Under the pieces are notes generated by a model. That model did no database searches, was not told where the DNA came from, and saw only the letters and a program-made list of their open reading frames with translations. 64,000 nt of DNA from an uncultured bacterium (GTDB lineage Bacteria; Patescibacteriota; Microgenomatia; Levybacterales; UBA12049). The stretch's first letter is position 1, and each line of letters begins with the position of its first letter. Shown here one piece after another: positions 29,358 to 39,436 of the stretch. Position numbers and translations under genes: made by a program. The stretch is taken from NCBI GenBank assembly GCA_963826535.1, contig CAWGXL010000010.1:170814-234813 (forward strand), written 5' to 3'.

Positions 29358-30116
29358 CTATAATTTATTTACCGGAGTAAACCTCGTAAATATAATCATA
29401 TGTAGATATCTTACGACATCCCGCCTAAAGCTCACTTTTTTACCCTCAGAATATCCTCTGGACACATATTTTATTGGAACTTCCAACGGTAAGTATCCAA
29501 GTCTGACAAACTTACATACAATTTCCCAATCAAGTTCAAAATATTCACCTCGCAAATGCACTTTCTTTAGTAATTCACTCTTAAACACTTTATACATGGT
29601 AGTCGGATCGGTTAAGCGAGTACCATAAAGTAAATTAAAAAAAGTATGAAAAAAAATGGCACCAAAATTCATAAAATGAGCAATATATCTCTCTTTACCT
29701 TTAAAACGCCTTATCAGCCATCTTATATCTCCATTTTGTTGTAAATGTCTTGAACCTAATACAAATGATGCTTCCCCTTTAATTATTGGCCTTATTAATG
29801 TATCATAATCATTAACATCATATTCCAAATCCGCGTCTTGAATTAGTACAATATCCCCGGTAATCTCTTTAAGACCCCTTCTAACTGCGCTACCCTTACC
29901 TCTAGCTTTTACTTGGAGAATTAATTTTACATCTGATTTATTCTTAGTAAATTCTTTTACAATTTCTCTTGTGCCATCATTACTATTATCTTCAACTAAT
30001 ATTAATTCTTTGGTAACTCCGGGAATTTTATGCCTATAGACGTTTTTTAATAATGTAAGCACTGTTCTGGACTCATTATAGATAGGAATGACAATAGACA
30101 ATGTATATTTCTTCAT
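29358..30116 (-). CDS. Polyprenyl-phosphate glycosyltransferase (DPM1-like GT2)
   Basis: IPIYNE, GKGSA, QDADLEY, GSR, TDPTTMYK, R..SEGKK. Confidence 0.88.
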   Translation of the reverse strand: MKKYTLSIVIPIYNESRTVLTLLKNVYRHKIPGVTKELILVEDNSNDGTREIVKEFTKNKSDVKLILQVKARGKGSAVRRGLKEITGDIVLIQDADLEYDVNDYDTLIRPIIKGEASFVLGSRHLQQNGDIRWLIRRFKGKERYIAHFMNFGAIFFHTFFNLLYGTRLTDPTTMYKVFKSELLKKVHLRGEYFELDWEIVCKFVRLGYLPLEVPIKYVSRGYSEGKKVSFRRDVVRYLHMIIFTRFTPVNKL

Positions 30117-30335
30117 AACAAACCCGAATGATCTAGTTTTCTAAACGCCTAAAAAATTACATTTAAGTTAACATTACAAAACTTAAACTCTTTTACTCAA
30201 TTGAGAATTCACTTATTCAATCTATTGTAACAGAAACACTGAATATATAAGAATTAATTGATATGATTTGGGAAAATCTGTAGTTAGTTAGTCATATAAG
30301 ATTTGGTAGATAAGCACATATTAAAATAACAGCAT

Positions 30336-31784
30336 TTAATTTGGTTCAAACGTTCTTTCTTTATTATATAAACTAAAACACCGGCTAAGGTCGTTATGAA
30401 AACCATTTTGGCAGTTTAAGTTAATAGCTAATAATGAAGTCCACAAAATTAGTATACATACAAAAATGATTATAAAGGCTTTGATTAAGGGTGTAGTTTT
30501 AGATGCATAGTATTTCCAAAAATATGTAAATCCTATGAAAGCTAAAATACATAATGCAAAATAAAAATCCTGATAGTAACGTCGTGCGTATCCCATTAAA
30601 GATAGCCCATAGATAGAAACTAATATCATAACTAAAAAAATAAATACTACAAATTCCAGCCTTTTTCCTTTTAACTTATTTTTTGTGATATAAACAGGAA
30701 TATAAAATATGAATAAAAGCAGAGGTGATGAAAAAAATACTGAAGATGTAAATTCAACGTCTACTAATTTAGGATAAGCTCCTACTAACCATTCCGGAGC
30801 ATCATAGAAAACATAAGGATTTGTTAATGAAGTTCGGGGGAAAAATGCTGTTAATTGAACAATGTTTAAAAGCAAATAATTTATGGAGCTAGTTTTATTT
30901 GTTAATATTCTGGTTTTTAGTTCCATAATACTAGGGTTTACATATTGTGTACCAAACTCGAAAGGATTATCAAACCGAGCCATATTGTAATGCATAAAAA
31001 TTAAACATCCAATCAAGATTGGCAAAATTAAAATACTAATTGAAAACCAAGTTTTATAGATTAAAGCACTAGAGATTTTTTGTTTTAGACTTTTATATTC
31101 ACTATAGATAATAAAAAGTAAATAAGGAAAAACAGATAATATGAGGTTTGCACGAGAAAAAAAACTTAACGTCAAAAATAGGCCGGCTAGTAATAAAAAT
31201 AAGTTTTTTTTAACTGCGTTAATTTTATCACGCTCATAAACTTTTAAAAATATAACTAATGACAAAAGAAGTAAAGTTGAACCAAAAATAATAGCTGTTT
31301 CATATACTAAATTACGCGATGATAAAAAGTACAACGAACCTAGTGCATAAATTACAAGAAAAATTAATTTTATTAGCTTAAATTCTGTTTTATTTTTATT
31401 TAATTTCAAAAATCCTGCTGTTTGTTGTAATAAAAAATAAAATAATAATAAATTAGCAGAAGATAAAAATAACGATAAAAATTGAAATGTAACCTCAATG
31501 TGGAATATATTCTTAATAATGAGCCAGGTACTTGCAGGAAGTGGCCCAAAGTAAAGATAATTTGTATGGTTGTAAAATGACCAGTCTGCGCCCGGACTAT
31601 CAGAAGGTATTCCGTATTGACCCTTTTCAAAAGCTATGGCTAATTGCTTATAATATGTACCTTGATTATAATCTTCAAATCTAAAGGTACCTTCTGTCAT
31701 ATCGTGCGCATAAATTAAGGTAAATAAAAATACTAATATAATTACAAGAATTAACTCACGATATTTTGTAAAATTGACAAACAT
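30336..31784 (-). CDS. Polytopic membrane protein, probable GT-C glycosyltransferase
   Basis: YY..LA.AF..G..DWSFY..YLYFGPLP after TM1, YN..RF.NPFEFG, RRY..D. Confidence 0.65.
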   Translation of the reverse strand: MFVNFTKYRELILVIILVFLFTLIYAHDMTEGTFRFEDYNQGTYYKQLAIAFEKGQYGIPSDSPGADWSFYNHTNYLYFGPLPASTWLIIKNIFHIEVTFQFLSLFLSSANLLLFYFLLQQTAGFLKLNKNKTEFKLIKLIFLVIYALGSLYFLSSRNLVYETAIIFGSTLLLLSLVIFLKVYERDKINAVKKNLFLLLAGLFLTLSFFSRANLILSVFPYLLFIIYSEYKSLKQKISSALIYKTWFSISILILPILIGCLIFMHYNMARFDNPFEFGTQYVNPSIMELKTRILTNKTSSINYLLLNIVQLTAFFPRTSLTNPYVFYDAPEWLVGAYPKLVDVEFTSSVFFSSPLLLFIFYIPVYITKNKLKGKRLEFVVFIFLVMILVSIYGLSLMGYARRYYQDFYFALCILAFIGFTYFWKYYASKTTPLIKAFIIIFVCILILWTSLLAINLNCQNGFHNDLSRCFSLYNKERTFEPN

Positions 31785-32290
31785 ATAAATTTTTATTAAA
31801 TATATACCACACCTCTATTTTTTAAAAACTATTTACTTAATCATGCATTCAACCCAATAATAACCGAAATCTATGCGAATTTGAAACTAATTAATATTAC
31901 TTCTTCAATTCAAGTATCAAAGGTTAATTTAGTAATCGATATCGATTTGGCAGAGAGGGATATTTTCAACTGTTATCTTTAAACCTTCCTATTTAATAAC
32001 AACGGAATATCCTAAATTAAAACATCATCTTAAATATATTTGCTAATAATCTGTAAACTTTTTAGACGTAGATAAAACATTAAGTCTAAATCATTCCACA
32101 GTTATTTAAGACAATTTTTAAAAACTTATATTTTTACAATAAAAAATTTAGGTAAATTACGGCTTTTAGCTTATAATCTTGAAATATAAATATAACAGAA
32201 TCAACAAAAGTTATTGACAAGCTTACATTAATCATATTATATATACTGATAACTACTATAACAAGTTGAGTATAAATGCTCTAATGCCTT

Positions 32291-32968
32291 ATGGCGAATA
32301 AAAAAATAACTGTTGTTATACCCTGTCTTAATGAAGGGGTAGGACTTAATTCTATTCTAAAAAATATTCCGGATATTGTGAATGAAGTAATTGTAGTAGA
32401 TGGAAATTCAACAGACAATAGCGTAGGCATAGCCAGGAATTATGGTGCAAAAGTAATAATTCAAAAGAAAAGAGGATACGGTTTAGCATTGAGGACAGGT
32501 TTTAATTCTGTAAAAAACGATATTATCGTGTCGCTTGATGGTGATAGCACATATCCCGCTGAAGACATACCAAAGCTTTATAAATATTTCGCTGGAAATA
32601 ACCTGGATTTTTTAGTAGCCTGCCGTTTCCCTCTGAAGCACCGCCATGCAATGACAGTAAAAAATTTCTTTGGTAACCTTCTCTTATCATCTATAACATC
32701 ATTAGTTTTCAATTTTCAAGTCACAGATGTATGCTCTGGTATGTGGATGATTTCGCGCAAAGCTTGGAGAGTTCTTGAACCTCGGATAGAGGACAACAAA
32801 TGGTTCTTCTCAAACGAAATAAAAATAGAAGCGATTAAGGACAATAATATACTATATGACGAAAAATGGATTGAATTACGTGCGCGCTCCGGAGAAACAA
32901 AAGTGGGCAATGTTTGGCTCATTGGTTTAAACGTGCTTTTTTTAATACTGAAAAAACGCTTTTTTTAG
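32291..32968 (+). CDS. Polyprenyl-phosphate glycosyltransferase (DPM-like GT2)
   Basis: IPCLNE, VDGNSTD, GYG.AL..G, DGDSTYP, D..SGMW, R.GE.K. Confidence 0.87.
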   Translation: MANKKITVVIPCLNEGVGLNSILKNIPDIVNEVIVVDGNSTDNSVGIARNYGAKVIIQKKRGYGLALRTGFNSVKNDIIVSLDGDSTYPAEDIPKLYKYFAGNNLDFLVACRFPLKHRHAMTVKNFFGNLLLSSITSLVFNFQVTDVCSGMWMISRKAWRVLEPRIEDNKWFFSNEIKIEAIKDNNILYDEKWIELRARSGETKVGNVWLIGLNVLFLILKKRFF

Positions 32969-32971
32969 TAT

Positions 32972-34144
32972 ATGGATACACTTAAAAATCAATTAAATAA
33001 ACTTTGGCACAAATTTTATAATAAAGATTTAAGTGAAAATTATTCATTTTACAAAAAAACAAATGATTATACGATCAATTATAATAAAAAAGAAGTTTAC
33101 CGTGAATCAATTCAACATGTTGAAGCAGTTTGTAAGTTATTGAGAGTACCAATAATTCTATGGCTGATCTGGGCTATTAGTGTTTTAGAAGCATCCCCGA
33201 AAAGGAATCCAATGTCACTACCACTTGCGAAGCGTTTAAGATTATTTAAACAAGCTCATAGAATTACGATTGCTAAATACATTCCTAAACCTCAAGAATT
33301 TAATATAAAGACTGATAAATGCCCGAACTGCGACAAAATTTATTTTAAAAAGCCAATATATAAAGTTACCCCTTTTAGAACAATTGCTGTAATGTTTTGC
33401 AAAAATTGCGGATTAGGCATCCGTTTTCCTGCAGACACGAAAGAAGCATTGTCCAAAATATATGAAGAAGACTATTTTTCAGGAAACTCAACCGACGTTG
33501 GATATTTCGATTATTTAGCCGAAGAAGGTTGGAGAATCAAAAAAGCAGAAAACTATCTAAATAAACTTGAGGAATTACTAAATATATCACCCAAGAATAC
33601 CAAAGTTTTAGATTTAGGATCAGGCTATGGTTACTTCTTGATCCCCTTAAAAAAACGAAATTATTCCTACCTTGGTATAGAACTGGCACAGGAAGCAGTT
33701 GATATAGCTAACAATAAGTATAAAACATTAACCATAAAAGGTGATCTCTTAAATTTAGACAAAGAAAAAAAACTAAAAGACAAAAGCTATGATCTTATCA
33801 CACTGTGGGATATTATTGAACATTTCTATGATTTTCGTAATGAACTAAAAATAATTAATAAATTACTTAATCCGGGTGGTTTTGTTGCTCTGAGAACAAA
33901 TAATATAAATAGTATAGAATATGATGTGTTTGGAAAAGATTTTCACTCAATAAAAAATGAGCACACATATTACTATTCTGAAAAAACACTTAGTGATATC
34001 TTTCAACACGTAAAAATTAAGACATATAAAATCTGGACCCATACACATTTATTTTTATGTTTTATGACTCAAAAAGAAATTGAAAAAATTAACAAAGAAA
34101 ATAGGGGAGGCGATATTTTTTATATTGGTCAGAAATATGAATAA
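32972..34144 (+). CDS. Class I SAM methyltransferase with Zn-ribbon (CPNC/CKNC) and N-terminal extension
   Basis: VLDLGSGYG, WDIIEH, LNPGG, EH.YY. Confidence 0.85.
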   Translation: MDTLKNQLNKLWHKFYNKDLSENYSFYKKTNDYTINYNKKEVYRESIQHVEAVCKLLRVPIILWLIWAISVLEASPKRNPMSLPLAKRLRLFKQAHRITIAKYIPKPQEFNIKTDKCPNCDKIYFKKPIYKVTPFRTIAVMFCKNCGLGIRFPADTKEALSKIYEEDYFSGNSTDVGYFDYLAEEGWRIKKAENYLNKLEELLNISPKNTKVLDLGSGYGYFLIPLKKRNYSYLGIELAQEAVDIANNKYKTLTIKGDLLNLDKEKKLKDKSYDLITLWDIIEHFYDFRNELKIINKLLNPGGFVALRTNNINSIEYDVFGKDFHSIKNEHTYYYSEKTLSDIFQHVKIKTYKIWTHTHLFLCFMTQKEIEKINKENRGGDIFYIGQKYE

Positions 34145-35132
34145 AGTAGGCGTTTCAATTATGGGAGCAGGATTGATTGGAAAAAAACGTGCTGAAGCGC
34201 TTTTAAAAATTCCAAATTCAACATTACGCTACATTTATGATATCAATAAAGTAGCCTCAAAAACATTCGCAAAGCAATATAAATCCAAAGTCGCTGAAAA
34301 TATCGATGAAATTTTAAGTGATCAGAAAACTAATTTAGTTATCATCGCGATTCGACATAAAGATGCAGCCGCCTTAGCTCCTTCCGTATTAAAAAAGAAG
34401 AATGTACTTATTGAAAAGCCAATTGGCCGGAACCTTTCGGAGACGAGAAAAATTATCAATGCAGCGAAACGATATAATACCAAATTATTTGCCGGATTTA
34501 ATTACCGCTACTATCCGCACTTACAAAAAGCATTGTCATTTATAAAACACAAAAAGTTAGGCCAAATAATTTCCTCCACATTTAAAATTGGTCATGCTGC
34601 ATTCCCCGGATATGAAAAGACGTGGAAAATGGATAAAGATTTATGTGGTGGTGGCGTTTTCCTTGATCCTGGTGTGCATATGCTTGATTTAATGCAATTA
34701 TTACATGGAAAGCCAGAAACACTCGATGCGTTTAGCAATAGAATTGGATGGAAAAGCAAAGTTGAAGAAGAAGCATTCTTAGTTTTTACTTTTTCCGATA
34801 AAACAATTTCCGAGCATCATTATAGTTTAAACTTAGCCAAAAATACTTTTATGATTGAATTAATAGGTACGAAAGGCACTCTGACTCTTTCTGGTAGAGG
34901 AGGTAATTATGGACCAATGCGGTTAGTTTATATACCCCGTTGGTTTTGGCAGCCGGATAGCGATAAAATAATTGAGGAAGATTACGGTATAGTAGACCAA
35001 TCTTTTTACTTTGAATTAAAATCTATTATAAACGATATCATTGCCAACAAGAAACAAGAATCTATTTTCCCAGAATTTCTCAGTGTAATGAAACTAATTG
35101 ACACGATTTATAATTCCCCCAACAAATCCTGA
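34137..35132 (+). CDS. Gfo/Idh/MocA oxidoreductase (LmbZ-like)
   Basis: GAGLIG, EKP, GFNYRY, GGGVFLDPGVH; start set to ATG 34137. Confidence 0.88.
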   Translation: MNKVGVSIMGAGLIGKKRAEALLKIPNSTLRYIYDINKVASKTFAKQYKSKVAENIDEILSDQKTNLVIIAIRHKDAAALAPSVLKKKNVLIEKPIGRNLSETRKIINAAKRYNTKLFAGFNYRYYPHLQKALSFIKHKKLGQIISSTFKIGHAAFPGYEKTWKMDKDLCGGGVFLDPGVHMLDLMQLLHGKPETLDAFSNRIGWKSKVEEEAFLVFTFSDKTISEHHYSLNLAKNTFMIELIGTKGTLTLSGRGGNYGPMRLVYIPRWFWQPDSDKIIEEDYGIVDQSFYFELKSIINDIIANKKQESIFPEFLSVMKLIDTIYNSPNKS

Positions 35133-36052
35133 GCGGTTTTTTCGACTGCCGTTTTTGTCGTAAATTTTCGTTTCCACCCAAGTTTTATAAGCGCATCACC
35201 ATTTAACCTAACTATTGGAACATCACCTTTCCAACCTACTTTACCGCCCGTATATTTTAAATTGACATTCTTAAGACCCATCGTTTTGATAATTACACGT
35301 GCAATTTCAGTAACAGTTAAGAAATCAGTTGAAGTTAAGTTATATAAATTAATCGGCAAATTACTTTTTTCCCAGACTAATAGAAATGCATCCAATACAT
35401 CGTCAATATAGAGATAAGACTTACTCTGCTCACCGTCTCCAAGTATTTTTAACTGTTTGGGATTACTTCGCAATTTTTTAATAAAGTCAAATATAACCCC
35501 GTGAGTTGAATGAGGGCCAATTATATTAGCTGGCCGCATAATCCATGCCCGCATGTCATATAAATGTACAAAAGCAGAAATAAATGCTTCAGCCGATAAT
35601 TTTGTTGCTCCATACATTGATACAGGAAATAATGGGCCAAAAGTCTCGTCCGTATAGACCTCCCCGACATCCCCATATACGCCACTTCCGGACGTAAAAA
35701 AAATCTTTCTTATTTTTTTCTCCCTCATGGCATCTAACAGATTATATGTAGCCATTGTAGTATTTTTATAATCAACACTGGTGTCCGTTGCACCTATAGA
35801 AATATCTGAATTTGCTGCGAGATGAAAAACGGTATCAATGGTATGAGGCGTTGCATTAAATAGTTTTTTTTTATCCAGTAAATTTAATTGAACAAAAGAA
35901 AACTTCGGATTTTTTAAATAAGGCTTAAGATACTCTATTCGGCCTAAAGATAAATTATCAAAAACAATTATTTCATAACCCTTTTTAATCAAACGTTTTA
36001 TCAATAGTGATCCGATAAATCCAGCCCCACCCGTAATTAAAATCTTTTTCAT
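35108..36052 (-). CDS. NAD-dependent epimerase/dehydratase
   Basis: TGGAGFIG, HLAAN, YGATK, THGVI.D, GWKGD. Confidence 0.9.
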   Translation of the reverse strand: MKKILITGGAGFIGSLLIKRLIKKGYEIIVFDNLSLGRIEYLKPYLKNPKFSFVQLNLLDKKKLFNATPHTIDTVFHLAANSDISIGATDTSVDYKNTTMATYNLLDAMREKKIRKIFFTSGSGVYGDVGEVYTDETFGPLFPVSMYGATKLSAEAFISAFVHLYDMRAWIMRPANIIGPHSTHGVIFDFIKKLRSNPKQLKILGDGEQSKSYLYIDDVLDAFLLVWEKSNLPINLYNLTSTDFLTVTEIARVIIKTMGLKNVNLKYTGGKVGWKGDVPIVRLNGDALIKLGWKRKFTTKTAVEKTAQDLLGEL

Positions 36053-36064
36053 AAATACCCTAAT

Positions 36065-36430
36065 TTACCTCGTTATCAAAATAACTCCCACAAGGATAAC
36101 AAATATCCCTGCGACCTTAGTAGCTGTAATAGGTTCTTTGAACAAAAAATAAGACAATATAAGTATAAATACATAACCCATACTCATCAGCGGCGCAGCA
36201 GCACTAAGTTGGACCTTATTAAGAATCAACACCCACAATATAAATCCCAGCCCAAAAACAGCCAAACCCCCAACGAGGAACCAATTTGTTACTAATTTAA
36301 ACGCGAATGGAAAAACTTCTACAAAATCATGCGGCAATGTTCCTATTTTATTTGCCCCGGTTTTAATCAGCATATTAGCAGTAGTATTTAATAATGCAGC
36401 AACAATAACTAGTAAGTAATAAGGGTTCAT
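36065..36430 (-). CDS. SMR/EamA small transporter (ArnE/ArnF-like flippase subunit)
   Basis: 121 aa, 4 TMs, LS.A.P, FKEPIT..K..G. Confidence 0.82.
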   Translation of the reverse strand: MNPYYLLVIVAALLNTTANMLIKTGANKIGTLPHDFVEVFPFAFKLVTNWFLVGGLAVFGLGFILWVLILNKVQLSAAAPLMSMGYVFILILSYFLFKEPITATKVAGIFVILVGVILITR

Positions 36431-37371
36431 ATGATTTTATTATCTAAAACATAGTGTACAGTTTTTGCTATACCTTCCTCAATAGTCAAAGTAGGTTTCC
36501 AGCCAAGTTTACTTAACTTTTTAATCCCTAATTGAACAAACTCGTTGTCCCCCTTCCAATTACTCGCCTTTCCCAACCATTTCTTCTTAACATTTTTATA
36601 ACCGCTCGCATGCAAGATTGCATCAATAATCTGATTGACAGTTAGCACTTGAGTGTGCCCGATATTATAAACATTAAACTGTTCCTTGGATTTTTTTATA
36701 ACCGTAAATATAGCCTCAACTCCATCATTAACATAAAGCGAAGACTTTTTTGGTGTTCCATCCGAAAAAAGCTCCAGTGACTTATTATTTTTCTTGAGTT
36801 TTTTTAAAACGTCAACTATTATTCCGTGAGTATATCTTTCTCCAATGAAAGAAACAAACCGGAAAATAAAACTTGTCATGCCATAATATGAAGCGTAAGT
36901 ACGTATATAAGTTTCACATGCGGCCTTGGTTGCTCCATAAAGCGAGGTCGGTTCAAACGGATAATCTTCAGGAGTTGGATGAATCTTGGCATCACCATAG
37001 ACAGATGAACTTGATGAGAAAGCCATCCTTTTTACATTATTTTTGCACATTGCTTCCAATACATTTTGCGTCATTTCAAGATTTTGTTCATGATCGATAA
37101 AGTGATCATTGAATCCCGAGCGGACATCTGCGTGAGCAGCTAAATGAAAAACAAAGTCAACATTCCTCATTATTTTATTAAGCAAGTCAGTATCTTTAAG
37201 ATCACCCTTTACAAGTTTATAATTTGAATTATTCAGAATGTGTTTTACAAATAATTCTCTTCCAGTAGAGAAATTATCATAAACAATAACTTTATTTTTT
37301 TCTTTAAGAAGCCTGTCAACAATATGACTTCCAATAAATCCTGCCCCACCTGTAACTAATACCGTTTTCAT
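36427..37371 (-). CDS. NAD-dependent epimerase/dehydratase (paralogue of 35108-36052)
   Basis: TGGAGFIG, HLAAH, SSSSVYG, YGATK, THGII.D, WKGD. Confidence 0.9.
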   Translation of the reverse strand: MKTVLVTGGAGFIGSHIVDRLLKEKNKVIVYDNFSTGRELFVKHILNNSNYKLVKGDLKDTDLLNKIMRNVDFVFHLAAHADVRSGFNDHFIDHEQNLEMTQNVLEAMCKNNVKRMAFSSSSSVYGDAKIHPTPEDYPFEPTSLYGATKAACETYIRTYASYYGMTSFIFRFVSFIGERYTHGIIVDVLKKLKKNNKSLELFSDGTPKKSSLYVNDGVEAIFTVIKKSKEQFNVYNIGHTQVLTVNQIIDAILHASGYKNVKKKWLGKASNWKGDNEFVQLGIKKLSKLGWKPTLTIEEGIAKTVHYVLDNKII

Positions 37372-37383
37372 AAATGCCCTAAT

Positions 37384-37600
37384 TTTCTTTGTTATCGAAA
37401 TAACCCCATGTGTATAGAAAATATCTCCTCTACAATAATAAATGTAATAAGAATTAATTTGTTACTAGTTTAAACCTGAACGGATCAACTTCTATAATAT
37501 CATAGGGGACAACTCTTAACTTATTTACTCTTTTTTTAACCATGTATGCGATTGAATTCAAAAATACCGCAACTATTTTTAATAGATTATTTAATTTCAT
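37384..37600 (-). pseudogene. Decayed copy of the SMR gene at 36065-36430
   Basis: MKLNNLLKIVAVFLNSIAYMV, frameshift, then NKLRVVPYDIIEVDPFRFKLVTN*, versus MNPYYLLVIVAALLNTTANML..NKIGTLPHDFVEVFPFAFKLVTNW. About 150 bp internal deletion; 3' end and spacer also conserved. Confidence 0.82.
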
Positions 37601-38343
37601 AATTTCTTTACCACATTCACAATAGATATTCCGACTGGGAATGTTGCGAATCTCTGAACAGAATTTTCAAGTAATTCATAATAGTACAATATTTCATTTA
37701 AAATAGGATGTGTTGAAGCAGAATCCATTTTCAAATCTGCCACCCCATCTTTTTTGGTTGCGTATTTATGAAGAAATTTAAATAAAAAATAAAGTGTAAA
37801 ATCAACATTTTTCTCGGTAAGGACCTTTAGGCCTGCCAATTTGGCGATTTTGGCAAGTTGTTTTTTTTTGTAACGTCTAAAATGTTCTAATCTTATATCC
37901 CGTGTTGACCAAAGATTTTGATGAGCAGGTACAAGAAATATTCCAATTCCTCCCGTTTTCAATACTCTATGTATTTCCTTAATGGCTTTTAGGTCATCTT
38001 GCACGTGTTCTATCACATCGATTGCTGTGATTAAATCAAAACTATTATCCTTAAAGGGAATAATTTTGCCATTAAATAGAAAAGCATTTTTTACACCACG
38101 CATTTTAGTAAATTTAATAGCATCACTCGAAGTATCAATTCCAAACGTTTGATCACTGGTAATTTTTTTTGCAAACTCATTCTGCAGTGTTCCGGTTCCA
38201 CACCCAAAGTCAAGCATCTTAGTTTTATTATAATGCGGATTTCTAAACTGTTCCCATAATTGCAATATTAGCCCCCGTTTAGCCCGGGCGCGCCATTCGT
38301 CTTCATCTAGTTTATAACGTAAATCATAAAAATGTTTTTGCAT
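37597..38343 (-). CDS. Class I SAM-dependent methyltransferase
   Basis: LDFGCGTG, DVIEH, LKTGG, VPAH..LWS..D..HFRRY. Confidence 0.88.
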   Translation of the reverse strand: MQKHFYDLRYKLDEDEWRARAKRGLILQLWEQFRNPHYNKTKMLDFGCGTGTLQNEFAKKITSDQTFGIDTSSDAIKFTKMRGVKNAFLFNGKIIPFKDNSFDLITAIDVIEHVQDDLKAIKEIHRVLKTGGIGIFLVPAHQNLWSTRDIRLEHFRRYKKKQLAKIAKLAGLKVLTEKNVDFTLYFLFKFLHKYATKKDGVADLKMDSASTHPILNEILYYYELLENSVQRFATFPVGISIVNVVKKL

Positions 38344-38385
38344 ATACTCTTAACTTATATAAAATTAAGCTTTACCTGACCTAGT

Positions 38386-39378
38386 TTAATTTTTATTTAA
38401 TTTATATAATGTATCTATAACTTTCATTACCTTCAATGCGTCTCTAATTAAAGTAGGCGAGTAGTCTTTTTTTATAATTTTATCAATAAAAATTTTATTC
38501 TCTGTCTCCCACGATAAATCATTCTCTGGGAATACAAACTCTTCTGTATCAGGCGGCCCCATCTCTGGCTTCATTTTATAAAAAGTAAGTTTTTCACGGC
38601 CGTAACTCCCTCCCAATCCGTCTATTTGAATCTTCGCAGTTTTTAACATAATCTCAAAAGAAAAAATATTTTTCCATTCCACGCAACTAACACTCAAATG
38701 CGCTATTTGATTTTTTTTATTTTTCAATATAAAAAAAGCAGAATCTTCCAAATCGGATTTCCAAAAAAGCCTTTCGGTAAAGCCAATTATAGTATCCATT
38801 GTACCGCAAAAATAATTTGTAAGATCTATCAAATGCGGACCTTGATCCATAAGCTCTCCTCCACCCGAAATATTTTTTTTAAACCTCCACTCTCTCTCGT
38901 AACCCAACCTTCCTCCGTGCCCATAACGCGCCCTGATAAATAATAACTCCCCATATTTTTTTGAATCAACCAATTCTTTCGCTTTAATAAACGCCGGATG
39001 ATATCGGTGATTATATCCAAACATAACGACAACAGGACTCTTTTTATGAGCATTACTAATATTTTTCAATTCAGAAATACTTATTCCACCAGGTTTCTCA
39101 ACCAACACATGTTTACCATTGGTGACTGCCTCTGCCGCAATCGGAGCAAGCCAATTATTTGTAGTAGAAATGATGACCGCCCGGATCTTAGAATCAGTTA
39201 TAACTTTCCTCCAGTCAGACTCATAGGTGCACTTGAACTCTTTTGCAAATTGCAATCCTCGCGTAGTGTCTACATCGCATATTAAAGATAAATTTGAAGA
39301 TTTTGGGAGCACCTTTGCTCTTTTCCTGCCAATTAGTCCGGCTCCGATTATAGCGACATTAATATTCTTGACTGTCAT
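38386..39378 (-). CDS. Gfo/Idh/MocA oxidoreductase (LmbZ-like)
   Basis: GAGLIG, VLVEKP, GYNHRYHP, GGGELMDQGPH. Confidence 0.9.
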   Translation of the reverse strand: MTVKNINVAIIGAGLIGRKRAKVLPKSSNLSLICDVDTTRGLQFAKEFKCTYESDWRKVITDSKIRAVIISTTNNWLAPIAAEAVTNGKHVLVEKPGGISISELKNISNAHKKSPVVVMFGYNHRYHPAFIKAKELVDSKKYGELLFIRARYGHGGRLGYEREWRFKKNISGGGELMDQGPHLIDLTNYFCGTMDTIIGFTERLFWKSDLEDSAFFILKNKKNQIAHLSVSCVEWKNIFSFEIMLKTAKIQIDGLGGSYGREKLTFYKMKPEMGPPDTEEFVFPENDLSWETENKIFIDKIIKKDYSPTLIRDALKVMKVIDTLYKLNKN

Positions 39379-39436
39379 TGCATGATAAACTATATTTCAA
39401 TTATAATAGAAAACATCATTTAACCCAATAAGGAAT

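Noticed and set aside
31785-32290. 500-bp spacer as a pseudogene or ncRNA
   Set aside because: Multiple stops in the frames I tried, only faint GT2-like similarity and no stable structure. TTGACA at 32214 lacks a well-spaced -10.
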